Origin: Candidatus Latescibacterota bacterium
GTDB taxonomy: Bacteria; Latescibacterota; UBA2968
Reading direction: 5' to 3'
Length of the DNA: 64,000 nucleotides
NCBI GenBank assembly: GCA_965198115.1
Contig: OZ240241.1
Coordinates: 3,872,001 to 3,936,000, forward strand
How positions within the stretch are numbered: position 1 is the stretch's first letter; each line of letters starts with the position of its first letter. The translations under genes were made by a program, and so were the position numbers. Below the pieces are notes generated by a model. That model searched no databases. It was not told where the DNA came from and saw only the letters and a program-made list of their open reading frames with translations. This document shows positions 32,246 through 42,398 of the stretch, one piece after another.

Positions 32246-32440
32246 ACCGCTCATCCTGAGTAGCGACCTAAGAAAGGGCGTCTACTATCAGATATCGTGA
32301 AAGCGTTGGACTCGCATATCGAAGGATGAGAGGTCGCAGCAGCGAAAGTGAGGGCCGTTCGTCCTTCGATACGGGGACAGTAGGTTTGCACCTTGGCAGA
32401 ATCCAATGATGGTACGATACCCCTACTCAGGATGAACGGC
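32246..32440. repeat. Variable-core hairpin repeats D (+, 32246-32334) and E (-, 32354-32440)
   Basis: ACCGCTCATCCTGAGTA-N54-TATCGAAGGATGAGAGGT and GCCGTTCGTCCTTCGATA-N52-TACTCAGGATGAACGGC. Confidence 0.8.
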
Positions 32441-32495
32441 AGCGACGGTCGTCATTCGCATTCTCCCACGATCTGAAACCCGATAGGACCATTGC

Positions 32496-33563
32496 GTGCC
32501 CATTAGAGTCGGCATCCTCGGCGCGGTATCCAGCTACTCTCTCCATTACAGCGAAACGATCCGCGACATGGAAGGGGTCGAGCTCGCCGGGCTCGTGCAT
32601 TTCGATCGGGATCCGAAGTACATTCGAGATTCGCTGAGTCTGCACTGGCTGGCGAAATTTCCGAAGACGATCGAGGAGATGGCGGAGAGATTCAGGACGG
32701 AGCTCTACGAGGAAGCGGATGAGCTGTATGAAAAGGGAAAACCGGATGCGGTCTGCTTGTGTATGGAGGACTATCATCGGCCGCACTATGCCGAATGGGG
32801 GATCGAGCGGGGTCTGCACGTCTTTATGCCCAAGCCTTTTGCCCGGTCCATCGACGAGGCTTTGAGTGCGTTCGATACGTCGAATGAAAAGGGACTGATC
32901 ACGGTGGGCAGCTTGCCCACGAGGTTCCGCTCACCTTCGGTGACCGCGAGTGGTGTGATCGACGAGGGGCGCATCGGGCGTCCGATCATGGGTCATTTTT
33001 CTATCACCCATCATCTGACGCTGGGAGGATGGAAGAGTGATTTCGAAATGGCGGCAGGACCCGAGTTGGAGACCGGGTTTTACGTGTTCGATCAGATGCT
33101 GATGCTGATGAAGGACGAACCGCGTGACATCGTCGGTTTCGGCGAGAATCACGACCATCGGGGGATCCCGTGCATTGACAATGGCAAGTGCGTGGTTCGC
33201 TGCAAGAACGGAGCACTCTCGACGATCGATCTGATCATGTCTACACACCACGGGTTTCCGCGTGGACGGGCGAGTCACGTGATTGGAGATGAAGGGGCCC
33301 TCGTCGTGGATCAGGACGACCAGGGGGCTTTCGTAGAAATCCATACGAGCGACGGTGTCGAACGGATTGACTGCGAGAGTTGGGATCCGTTCGAGCGTGA
33401 GCTGGGGACGTGGATCGGTCTGATCCGTGATGGGGGCGATCCATCGGAGTGGCAGGAGGAAGGGTTGCGTACGCTCAACTTGATTCTGGCCTACAAGGAA
33501 GCGCACGAATCGGGGAATCGTCTTGTCCTTGCCGACGACGATGAAGAAGAGGAGGATGAATAG
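32496..33563 (+). CDS. Gfo/Idh/MocA-family oxidoreductase (divergent)
   Basis: IRVGILG, GLHVFMPKPFA (EKP replaced by PKP) and G.IGRP motifs. Confidence 0.82.
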   Translation: MPIRVGILGAVSSYSLHYSETIRDMEGVELAGLVHFDRDPKYIRDSLSLHWLAKFPKTIEEMAERFRTELYEEADELYEKGKPDAVCLCMEDYHRPHYAEWGIERGLHVFMPKPFARSIDEALSAFDTSNEKGLITVGSLPTRFRSPSVTASGVIDEGRIGRPIMGHFSITHHLTLGGWKSDFEMAAGPELETGFYVFDQMLMLMKDEPRDIVGFGENHDHRGIPCIDNGKCVVRCKNGALSTIDLIMSTHHGFPRGRASHVIGDEGALVVDQDDQGAFVEIHTSDGVERIDCESWDPFERELGTWIGLIRDGGDPSEWQEEGLRTLNLILAYKEAHESGNRLVLADDDEEEEDE

Positions 33564-33565
33564 CC

Positions 33566-34366
33566 GTGGATTGGCACGGTCACACGTTCGCCTACAAGCT
33601 TCGGGTCGACGTCGAGCACGTGGAATCGCAGCGCTATATCGGGGACTACCGGTTGACCCGCGTCTCCGTGACGAATCTGCTCGATCTCCTGGCAGAGATC
33701 GATGTTCACGTTTCCTTCTGTGTACTGGGTATTACGGCCGAGCTGTTTCCGAATCTGATCCTGGATATCGTGGATGCCGGTCACGAGGTTTATGGACACG
33801 GGATGTATCACGAGCCGGCGTTCGAGGGACGCCCGTTCCGAGAGCAGCGCCACGAGATGATTCGCATGCGCGACAGCATCGAATCGGCCTGTGGCGTGAA
33901 GGTTCGAGGGATCGGTTGCCCGCATCACGGGTTGGCGGATGAAAATACCCTTCGCGCGGCGGCAGAGGCAGGGATCGAATACGTGGAATCGAAGATCCGA
34001 GGAGAGGGAGCGCCGGTTCCCGTTCCCGTGACCCGGAAGATCGACGGAACGGACGGAACAGTGCTCGTTCCCGGTGGGGGTGGACGAGGCGCCTCGGACT
34101 ATACCGATCGACGCCCGGACTGGGCGTTCAAGCACGAAGAAGCCTTCAGCCCGACGGGGGCGAGGGAAAAGTGGATGGGCGACATCGACTGGGCCAAACA
34201 GAATAACACCATCACCGGCCTGGTTATTCACCCCTGGATGCTGATGATCAACGCCGGCGAGGTCCAGGTCGTGAAAGACCTGCTCCGGCACGCGAAAAAA
34301 GAGGGCTCTTGGTTCGCCACTGTAGACGGCCTCATCGATCTGGCCGACTCGAGCGCGAAGCCCTAG
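33566..34366 (+). CDS. Polysaccharide deacetylase (NodB-type)
   Basis: VDVE, GHEVYGHGMYHE and IHPW motifs. Confidence 0.82.
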   Translation: MDWHGHTFAYKLRVDVEHVESQRYIGDYRLTRVSVTNLLDLLAEIDVHVSFCVLGITAELFPNLILDIVDAGHEVYGHGMYHEPAFEGRPFREQRHEMIRMRDSIESACGVKVRGIGCPHHGLADENTLRAAAEAGIEYVESKIRGEGAPVPVPVTRKIDGTDGTVLVPGGGGRGASDYTDRRPDWAFKHEEAFSPTGAREKWMGDIDWAKQNNTITGLVIHPWMLMINAGEVQVVKDLLRHAKKEGSWFATVDGLIDLADSSAKP

Positions 34367-34512
34367 CCGGCCCGTCATCTCGAACCCGTGTTGCGCCCGT
34401 GGCTCCATTGACCGGGTGAGAGATCTCTACGAACAAGGTCATCGCCCGAGCGATATGGGCGAAGCCGTCTTATCCGCCGACCGCCCACTACCGACAGCCG
34501 ACGAGGTTCCCC

Positions 34513-35002
34513 ATGGACAGACGATGCCTGAAATACTGTCTCACGCCCGCCGAACGAAGGAAGTTCGACAAGAACGGATATCTGATCGTGGAAGACGCGC
34601 TGCCGAAGGCACGCGTCCGTTCCTTGCTCCAGGCGACCGAACGCGTGGATGTCAAGACACGCAAGGCGGAAAAGATCGAACCCCACCAGCGTGTGCATAC
34701 GCGTGATTTCCTGGGAGAAGATCAGGCGTTCATCGACTTGATTGCCTATCCCAGGCTATTGCCCAAGGTGTGGGGGATCCTGGGCTGGAACATCAACATT
34801 TTTACGGTTATGGCTACCGCTGGTTGCAGGCGCGTGGGCCGTGTGACGTGTCGAAGTTTTGGAGGAGACTCGATCCGATCGAGCGCCAGCTCTCCGCAAC
34901 CCGCCATCGGATATTCACGGCTGGACGTCTCCGAAGGATGAAGACGTGCCGCTGAAGGGCTGGATCGAGAAGAATGTGAAGAATGGAATGGTCGGCCCGT
35001 GA
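34513..35002 (+). pseudogene. PhyH-family dioxygenase with the catalytic core deleted
   Basis: N-terminus FDKNGYLIVEDAL...KVWGILGWNI is joined directly to C-terminal FYGYGYRWL...LDPIERQL...PKDEDVPL. Confidence 0.78.
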
Positions 35003-35763
35003 GTGGGAAGCTGACGGGGAAGGTTGCACTCGTGACCGGTGCCGGTCGAGGTCTCGGACGGGCTTATGCGCTGCATCTGGCAAGGCTCGGGGCCGACGTG
35101 GGCGTCAACGACCTCAGTCTGAGGGCCCACGAGGAGTATGATGAGAAGATCGGAGCCGAATCGGTTCCGGCCGAGATCGAAGCGATGGGTGTACGAAGCA
35201 AGGGTTACGAATCGGATGTGACCGATCGCGAACAGGTCGACGGGATGGTCGCCGACATCGCCGAGAGGTTCGGACGGCTGGACATCCTCGTGAACAATGC
35301 GGGCGGCGCGCTCTTCGGTCGGCACGATTTCAAGCCGATGTTCGACCTGAACTTCCACGGCACCGTCCATTGCTGCGAGGCCTCGGCTGAGGTGATGAAG
35401 CGACAGAAGTCGGGTAAGATCGTGAACGTCGCAAGCCAGGCGGGGATGCTCGCGAGTCAGGGTCATTCCTACGCCACGGCCAAGGCAGCTGTGATTCATT
35501 ACACGAGATGTCTCGCACAGGATCTGGGTCCCCACAACATCCACGTGAATTGCATCGCCCCCGGCTTTATCCTCAGTTCACGCGCGATCGCCGGTGGCAG
35601 AGACGAGGGTGAAACGAAAGAACGATTGGTATCGCAGATTGCCCTGGGTCGTCTGGGAATGCCCGAGGACTGTGCTAAAGTGGTCGAGTTTCTTGTGACC
35701 GACCTGTCGGATTACGTCACGGGTCAGACGATCCCCGTGTGCGGCGGCTTTGTGAAGTTTTAA
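34999..35763 (+). CDS. SDR-family oxidoreductase (FabG-like)
   Basis: TGAGRGLG, NNAG, YATAK and VNCIAPG motifs. Confidence 0.93.
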   Translation: MSGKLTGKVALVTGAGRGLGRAYALHLARLGADVGVNDLSLRAHEEYDEKIGAESVPAEIEAMGVRSKGYESDVTDREQVDGMVADIAERFGRLDILVNNAGGALFGRHDFKPMFDLNFHGTVHCCEASAEVMKRQKSGKIVNVASQAGMLASQGHSYATAKAAVIHYTRCLAQDLGPHNIHVNCIAPGFILSSRAIAGGRDEGETKERLVSQIALGRLGMPEDCAKVVEFLVTDLSDYVTGQTIPVCGGFVKF

Positions 35764-35785
35764 GGGCTACGCAAACACTTGGTGG

Positions 35786-35968
35786 CGGGCTTCTGCCCGT
35801 CCTCCACAAACACGACGCGCTTGTCCCCGTGCTCTGCACGGGGACCTGTTCTTCCTCGGGGCGAGGGCGATTCGTCCGGTAGCGAGTGGAGCTATGTTGC
35901 CCCCGTGCAGAGCACGGGGGCGAGCGACTACTCAGCCGAATACAAAAGAGGCCGGGCAGAGCCCGACC
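35786..35968. repeat. Two inverted composite REP units downstream of RAYT
   Basis: GGGCTTCTGCCC + GTCCCCGTGCTCTGCACGGGGAC (35786-35845) and the inverse GCCCCCGTGCAGAGCACGGGGGC + GGGCAGAGCCC (35899-35968). Confidence 0.82.
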
Positions 35969-35977
35969 TCTTTGTTG

Positions 35978-36513
35978 TTATAGCAAAATTGGGGAAACCC
36001 GCGGGAGTTTCTTGTTCCCACGAAGCGCGGATAGACTTGAGTAGGGCCAGTCTGCAGCTTTCCTACAAGTCCCTTTCTGACCGGGTTGTCGTGAACGTAT
36101 TCGATCTTCTGAATCAATACAGCATCAGAATACAACACCTGAGGATGGTAACCGGGCTGCCAGACGCGGTGGCGATGTGATTTCTTCTGTTCTCGGCAAT
36201 TAGCTCTGAATTTCTCCAGGTAAAATTGGGCTTTCCTTGTTTTCAGATCATTGACGATCTGGCGTGCGGTATAGGACAACAGACGTCGCATCGTGTTGGA
36301 GAGAACATCCCCGCTCCCCACGACATGGAAGTGGTCTTCCATGATAACGTATGCGTGCAAGCGAAGATCACCACGATCAGCAAGAAAATTAAGTGAACCG
36401 AGTAACGTTTCTGCACAGGTTCCGAATCGGAAGACTGGTAGCCATTCCACGATGGACGAGGTCATAAGGTGCGGGTACCTGTGACTTTCTATTCGGTATG
36501 GATCGCGTACCAT
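35978..36513 (-). CDS. REP-associated tyrosine transposase (RAYT, HUH Y1); frameshift near 36060
   Basis: HAYVIMEDHFH, WQPGYH and IEYVHDNPVRKGLV motifs; the shifted frame continues ADWPYSS...ILL*; flanked by palindromes on both sides. Confidence 0.88.
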
Positions 36514-36566
36514 ACCGCCGAGTATAGCCACGATCGAAATCGAGAACCAGGAGAGAGGATTTTGCT

Positions 36567-36632
36567 ACGGGCTCCCGCCCGTCCAGATTCACCAATCGCG
36601 CCACGCTCGTCCCCGTGCTCCGCACGGGGACC
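36567..36632. repeat. Composite REP unit upstream of RAYT
   Basis: ACGGGCTCCCGCCCGT + CTCGTCCCCGTGCTCCGCACGGGGAC. Confidence 0.82.
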
Positions 36633-36652
36633 CTGTGCGTCTATCTCAATCT

Positions 36653-37768
36653 TCAATGTCGCACGCTCCCATCCGCCCAGAAACTCCCCGTTACTTCCCG
36701 ATCTTTGAACGGTAGCTCCGTCAACACATCCTCGTTGATTTCCACGCCGATTCCAGGGCGATCCGCGATTTCCCGATAGCCGTTTCGCACCTTGAAAGGC
36801 GTGTCGACGATCGCGCGTTGTGCCTCACTGTGGGCGTTCGTCTCCTTGACGTAGTAGTTTGGGATGGCGGCTGCCAGTTGAGTGAAAACAGCATTGTTCA
36901 CTGGGCTGCCCATGAGGTGAGGGAAGATCTGAACGAACGCCGGCTCTGCGATGGCGGCGATCTTCTTGACCTGTGTGAACCCACCGGCCACGGATACATC
37001 CGGTCGCAGGAAGGCTGCGATTTTCTTGTCGACAAGCTCCTTGAACTGAAAGATGTTGTAGCTTCGTTCGCCGAGCGCCATGGGGATGTCTATATGTTTG
37101 GCGATGTACTCGTGAGCCTCCACGCTCTCAGGTGGGAGAGGATCTTCGAAGTATTTGAGCTTGAAGGGTTTAAGCTCCGCCGCGAGTGTGATGGCTTCGT
37201 CCGGCGTCAGGTTGCGGTGAATCTCGAGTCCGAGGTCGATGCCATCCCCGATGGCCTCACGAACGGTGGCGACCATCTCGACGGCGGTCGAAATGATCTC
37301 GGTGGAATCTCGAGACTCGAAACCTCCAAAGAAGGGCGTCATCCGTAGGGACGTGAACCCCTGGCTCACACGTTCTCTGGCGGAGTCCACTCGTTCTTCA
37401 TAGGTCTCACCGCGAACATTCTCGAACACACGTACGCGATCTCGACATTTCCCGCCCAGCAGCTGGTAGACGGGCAGCCCAACGGACTTGCCCAGGATGT
37501 CCCAGAGCGCGACGTCGATGGCACTGAGTGCGGCGCTGATGACGCCCCCCGTGAAGTGGGCGTGTCGGGTGACGACCTGGTGGTGATGCTCGATCAGACG
37601 AGGATCTTTCCCTACGAAGTAGGACTTGAGATCCTCGATCGTCTGCGCCGTCGGTCGATGGTGCATCCACAGGCCCGCTTCGCCATTACCGACGAGATCG
37701 TTGTCGGTGTAGACGCGAACGAGGCAGTACTGATCGACGAGGAAGGGCTTGATGTCCGTGATCTTCAT
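36653..37768 (-). CDS. Mandelate racemase/galactonate dehydratase-like enolase-superfamily enzyme
   Basis: SAIDVALWDILGK, LLGGKCRDRV, EIH, FEDP and LGER motifs. Confidence 0.92.
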   Translation of the reverse strand: MKITDIKPFLVDQYCLVRVYTDNDLVGNGEAGLWMHHRPTAQTIEDLKSYFVGKDPRLIEHHHQVVTRHAHFTGGVISAALSAIDVALWDILGKSVGLPVYQLLGGKCRDRVRVFENVRGETYEERVDSARERVSQGFTSLRMTPFFGGFESRDSTEIISTAVEMVATVREAIGDGIDLGLEIHRNLTPDEAITLAAELKPFKLKYFEDPLPPESVEAHEYIAKHIDIPMALGERSYNIFQFKELVDKKIAAFLRPDVSVAGGFTQVKKIAAIAEPAFVQIFPHLMGSPVNNAVFTQLAAAIPNYYVKETNAHSEAQRAIVDTPFKVRNGYREIADRPGIGVEINEDVLTELPFKDREVTGSFWADGSVRH

Positions 37769-37808
37769 GGCCGTTTCGATTCAAAAACGATGAGAGGGAA
37801 AGACGAGC

Positions 37809-38645
37809 ATGAGCAGTCTACATAACAGAGTGGCGATTGTCACGGGTGGTGCGCTGGGCATCGGTGGCGCGATGTCGCGAAGACTGGCGGGCGTAGGCGC
37901 CAGGGTCCTGGTCGCAGATTATGTGATGGAGGCGGCGGAGGAGAATGTCGCTCGCATTACGGAGGCCGGAGGTCAGGCGAGAGCGATGCACGTAGACGTG
38001 TCGAAGGCGGATGACGTCGAACGCATGGTCGAAGAGGCAGTTAACGCCTTCGGTGGATTGCATATCCTCGTTAACAACGCGTGGGGGAGCAAGGAGCCGG
38101 ATGGAACGGCGGAGACGGTTACCGATAGCGCGTGGGAATACGGGATGGATACAATGGTCCGTGCTCACTTCAGAGCTGTTCGTCACGCATTGCCCCACAT
38201 GCGTGAAGCGGGTGGAGGCGCTGTCGTCAACATCGCATCGGTCCACGGATTCCTCGTTGCGGAACGACGATTGGTTTACGAGACGGCAAAGGCCGCTGTC
38301 ATCGGGATGACACGGCAGATGGCGTGTGATTTCGGTCCGGACGGCGTGCGCGTCAACGCGATTTGCCCTGGCCACATCGTGACCGAGAAAGGCGAGGCGA
38401 ATTGGGCGAAGAATCCATCGTTGCACAAGCTGTTTGTTGAACAGTATCCCATACGCCGAACGGGCGTTCCCGATGACATCGCGAATGCGATCCGGTTTTT
38501 GGTGTCTGATGAAGCATCGTTCATTACGGGTCACACGCTCGTTGTCGATGGTGGCCTGACGATTCAACTTCAGGAGAACCTGGGTGTTGCGCAGGCCATT
38601 TACCAGCGTGACCATCCCGACACGGACTTCGGGCGCTGGGGATAG
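37809..38645 (+). CDS. SDR-family oxidoreductase
   Basis: TGGALGIG, NNA, YETAK and VNAICPG motifs. Confidence 0.93.
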   Translation: MSSLHNRVAIVTGGALGIGGAMSRRLAGVGARVLVADYVMEAAEENVARITEAGGQARAMHVDVSKADDVERMVEEAVNAFGGLHILVNNAWGSKEPDGTAETVTDSAWEYGMDTMVRAHFRAVRHALPHMREAGGGAVVNIASVHGFLVAERRLVYETAKAAVIGMTRQMACDFGPDGVRVNAICPGHIVTEKGEANWAKNPSLHKLFVEQYPIRRTGVPDDIANAIRFLVSDEASFITGHTLVVDGGLTIQLQENLGVAQAIYQRDHPDTDFGRWG

Positions 38646-38719
38646 TGCGAAGCTGCAGGGAAGAAGTGAGAAGCCAGAAGGAATCCGTTCTCAGTCGGAA
38701 ATGACTCGAAAGGCTACCA

Positions 38720-40095
38720 ATGCAGCCGAATGTTGTCTGGATTTATGGAGAGGATCTCTACCCCGATCTGGCGTGCTACGGGACACCCGTCGTGCAGACG
38801 CCGAACCTCGACCGGTTCGCTTCGGAGGGAACGCTTTTTTCAAATGCGTTCGTGACCTGTCCAGTTTGTTCACCCAGCCGGTCGGCCATCATCACGGGTC
38901 GATACCAGACAAGCTTTGGTGCACACAACCATCGCAGCAAAAGAGACGCGCCTCTGCCTGGTGGCATCGAATTGGCTACGGATCTATTCCGTCAGGCCGG
39001 GTACTTCACGTGTAACAGCAGCGGTCCGCCCGATCATCGACCCGGAAAAACGGACTTCAATTTCCTCCGCGAGGATCCGTTCGACGGTGTGTTGTGGAAC
39101 GAGCGGGAAGAAGGCCAGCCGTTTTACGCGCAGTTCAACATCACGGACACGCACCGTGACTTCACTCGGGATCCCGAGAACCCGATCGATCCATCAGCCG
39201 TCGAGTTGCCACCTTACTATCCGGGTCATCCACTGGTAAGGAGAGACTGGGCGAACTGGCTGGAGAGCATCCAGGTTTTCGATCGCAAGGTGGGCGAAGT
39301 GCTCGGGATGCTCGAGAGGGATGGCCTGGTCGAGAACACGATCGTGTTCATCATCAGCGATCACGGGCGAGCCCACATCCGTGACAAGCAGTTTCTCTAC
39401 GATGGCGGGATTCGCGTGCCCTGCATCGTTCGATGGCCAACCACATTGGTGCTGGCGTGGTGAAGGACGATCTGGTGAGTGGGGTCGATTTCCTGACCAC
39501 GTCGCTTTCCCTGGCCGGATTGGACATTCCCGAGGAACTCGAAGGTCAGGTATTTACAGGCCCCCAGGCGGACCCACGCAATGCGGTCATTGCCGCCCGC
39601 GACCGATGCGATGGGACGGTCGATCGGATTCGATGCGTGAGAACGAAACAGCACAAATACATCAAGAACTATTGCCCTGATCGACCATATATGCAGTTCA
39701 ACGGCTACAAAATGCACCAGTATCCGCTGTGGACCCTTGCCCCCATCCTGAAAGCCCGCGGTGAGTTGACTGACGCGCAAAAGCGATTCCTCGAGCCGTG
39801 CCGTCCGGCCGAAGAGCTCTACGATCTCGAGGCTGATCCCCACGAGATCAACAACCTGGCCAACGTCGATGCGCACGCCACGACACTGACAGCACTCCGA
39901 AATCGTCTGGACGACTGGGAGGTGCTTCACGGCGGTCGTGGTGCAACACCCGAAGATCCACCCGTGCTGGCGGAGGAGGCAAGAAAGATGCAGGACAATT
40001 TCAAACGGAGAATGGGAGCGCGCGGATTGCCGGCCGACATTGCGCCGGAAGACTATCTCGCGTGGTGGGAACGTGAACTCTTAGGGAAGGGGTAA
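38720..40095 (+). CDS. Sulfatase/sulfamidase-like (frameshift near 39437)
   Basis: QPNVVW, CSPSRSA, GKTDFNF, SDHG and EELYDL..DP.E motifs. Confidence 0.86.
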
Positions 40096-40756
40096 ATGGT
40101 GGAGGGGATTCAGGGGCGACCCGTTCGGGTCGGGTTCTACGGGTCGGGCAACATCGCGAAGAACACACACATACCGATCGTGTCTGCGCTGGAAAACGTC
40201 GACATCGTGGGGCTATGCGATGTCGACGCGACTGTCTTGGAAGAAGCCGGGGCAGTGGCTGGAGTCGAGGAGGTCCACCTCTACACCGATGCGATGGAGA
40301 TGCTCGAGCGTGAGGAGCTCGATGTGCTGTTTTCGTGTGTCCCGGCATTCGTCCGAGACGATTCACACGTCGAAGCAGTGGCCGCCTCGAAGGGCATCCA
40401 TTTGTTCAGCGAGAAGCCTCAGGCGGTGGATATCGAAACTGCCAGGCGGATCGACGGCGCGATTCGAGATGCGGGTGTGCTCAGCACCGTCGGGTTCCGC
40501 GAACGCTATCGCCCGTTGTTCTCGGAGGTTCGAGATTTCCTGTCGGATAAGGAAATCACACACGCGCAGGTGACGATGCCCAGGCTACAGCACGGCGAAA
40601 GGCCCTGGTCGGTGGATGAGGAGGTGAGTGGCGGGTTTCTTCTGGAATGGGGATGCCACGCCCTGGACTACACACGATTCATGACGGGCCAGGATGTTTC
40701 ACACGTCCAGGCTTTTATCTCGAAGCCTGAGGGACACGACCAGTCGGTGTCTAACT

Positions 40757-41393
40757 AAACCTTGGTAAGCCCCCGGCTCTGCCGGGGAGACTCCCAGAGT
40801 TTGACAGTTCCAGAAATATGTAAGAGCCTCCCTTGCCGTGGACCGCTCAAAGCACACGGAAGGAAGGCTCTCTAATGAACAACGTAAGGAGTCTACGTCA
40901 CACGGTATGGGAGTGCAAGTATGACGTTGTTTGGGTTCGGAAGTATCGTAGAAAAGTGTTGTATGGTGAAATTCGTCGCTATCTGGGCGAGGTGATTCGG
41001 GATCTGGCCGCACAGAAGGAATGCCGTGTGGAAGAGGGTCACCTGCGATCCGACCATGTGCACATGCTGATTTCGATCCCGCCGAAGCACTCAGTAGCTC
41101 AGACGGTAGGGTTCATCAAAGGAAAGAGTGCGATTCACATTGCTCGGAACTATCTGGGACGCAGGTCGAACTTCACCGGGCAGCATTTCTGGGCAAGAGG
41201 CTACTGGGTCTCCACCGTTGGCAAGGATGAACAGACGGTTCGGGAGTATATCCAGAACCAGGAGCGGGAGGACCGGCGTCTCGACCAGCTCAACATTTTC
41301 AGGTAATCGCCACCTTTAGGTGGCGCTTGGTTTCCAACCGCTTTGAGCGGTTCACAAGTTTTCAAGCCTCCGGCTTTGCCGGAGGTCATGGCT
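40757..41393 (+). mobile_element. IS200/IS605-family element (tnpA only)
   Basis: Subterminal hairpins CCCCGGCTCTGCCGGGG and CCTCCGGCTTTGCCGGAGG; inserted after TAACT; no TSD. Confidence 0.9.
40875..41306 (+). CDS. tnpA: IS200-type Y1 transposase
   Basis: DHVHMLISIPPK, GFIKGKS, FWARGY and EYIQNQE motifs. Confidence 0.94.
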   Translation: MNNVRSLRHTVWECKYDVVWVRKYRRKVLYGEIRRYLGEVIRDLAAQKECRVEEGHLRSDHVHMLISIPPKHSVAQTVGFIKGKSAIHIARNYLGRRSNFTGQHFWARGYWVSTVGKDEQTVREYIQNQEREDRRLDQLNIFR

Positions 41394-41786
41394 CTGTGAA
41401 CTTTCGATTCGAGAACGGCGGAACGATGCACCTCCTGTTCGTGACGCTCCTTGCCGATGACGTTCGCGCGCCCGGCCGGAGGGTAGTCCCTTTGTTCTCC
41501 TTCGCGTTCGTGGGTGGCTGGGTGGATGTCTATCGCGAAGACGGCAAGGTCTGGTCCTGCGAGGTCAACGGGGAGCTCGCTGGAACGGAGACGTTCGATC
41601 CGTGGGCCGAACACGATCGCGTGTTCATTGAGGCCGTTCGATCGGGAGATCCTACGGCAATAAGGAACGACTATCGCGACGGCATGCAGACGATCGGCCC
41701 GGTTCTGGCGGCCATTCAATCAGGGCGTGATTCCGGGCAGACGATCGAGATGCGTGGATTTATGAATTAGCTGGACGCCGGGGATG

Positions 41787-41898
41787 CGTGGGGCTAAAGC
41801 CCCACGCTAGAGCAGCGAAGCCGGCTGAAGCCGGCTAGTGACAATAGCCCGCTTTAGCGGGCTTCGGATTCATAGCGTGGGGACTCATCCCCACGCGC
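41787..41898. repeat. Cluster of four GCTTCAGC/GCTAAAGC-centred palindromes (inverted doublets)
   Basis: GCGTGGGGCTAAAGCCCCACGC, AGCCGGCTGAAGCCGGCT, AGCCCGCTTTAGCGGGCT and GCGTGGGGACTCATCCCCACGC. Confidence 0.82.
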
Positions 41899-42070
41899 GA
41901 TGCGCACGCCCATCGCCAGATCCCCCAGATGCCGGAAACCCTTGTGGTCTCCGGCATTTGATTTTGCCTCCCTCACCCGAGTTCAACCATATTGGTTGCC
42001 CCTTCGCCCGGGTGGTAGACCGTGGCGACCCCAGACCATCGCCCGATGGGCATCATTCGAGGTCAGAGAC

Positions 42071-42397
42071 GTGTTACTACAGATCTATTTCAAGGTCAGC
42101 GAAGAAAACGGGCAGGCGTTCGAGGATATGTTCATGGACGTCTACGTTCCAGCCATGCAGGTGCAAGAGGGCTATCTGGGATCACGGCTTTTAAGACTGT
42201 TTCCCGATGAGATCCATAAGGAGATCAATGCCCGCGAGACAGAGTTCAACTATCAGATGAATCTGGTTTTCGACACGGAGGAAAACCGTCGCAAGTGGGC
42301 GGCAAGCGACGAGCATCAGGTGGCATTCCCGAAGGCAAAGGAACTGGCGGAAGATGTGCAATGGCGTGGCTATGACGTAGCGGGTGAGGATGGTTGA
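42071..42397 (+). CDS. Small ABM/Dabb-like protein
   Basis: GTG 42071; VYVPAMQVQEGYLGSRLL...FDTEENRRKWAASDEHQ resembles the ABM-type fold. Confidence 0.6.
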   Translation: MLLQIYFKVSEENGQAFEDMFMDVYVPAMQVQEGYLGSRLLRLFPDEIHKEINARETEFNYQMNLVFDTEENRRKWAASDEHQVAFPKAKELAEDVQWRGYDVAGEDG

Positions 42398-42398
42398 G

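Larger units (their letters stand above)
40096..41770 (+). pseudogene. Gfo/Idh/MocA oxidoreductase interrupted by IS200/605
   Basis: GFYGSGNIA, SEKP and GCHALD motifs; removing 40757-41393 restores QSVSNSVNFRFENG in frame. Confidence 0.88.

Noticed and set aside
14684-32440. Repeat-spacer-repeat units as a CRISPR array or canonical integron
   Set aside because: The arms are inverted and dispersed rather than tandem direct repeats. There is no cas or intI gene and no attC core consensus.
34416-34706. 96-aa ORF upstream of and overlapping the PhyH relic
   Set aside because: It has no motif and mostly overlaps the PhyH frame; at best it is a gene remnant.
40757-41393. RNA-guided TnpB/IscB system
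   Set aside because: The element is about 640 bp, encodes tnpA only, and has no room for tnpB.
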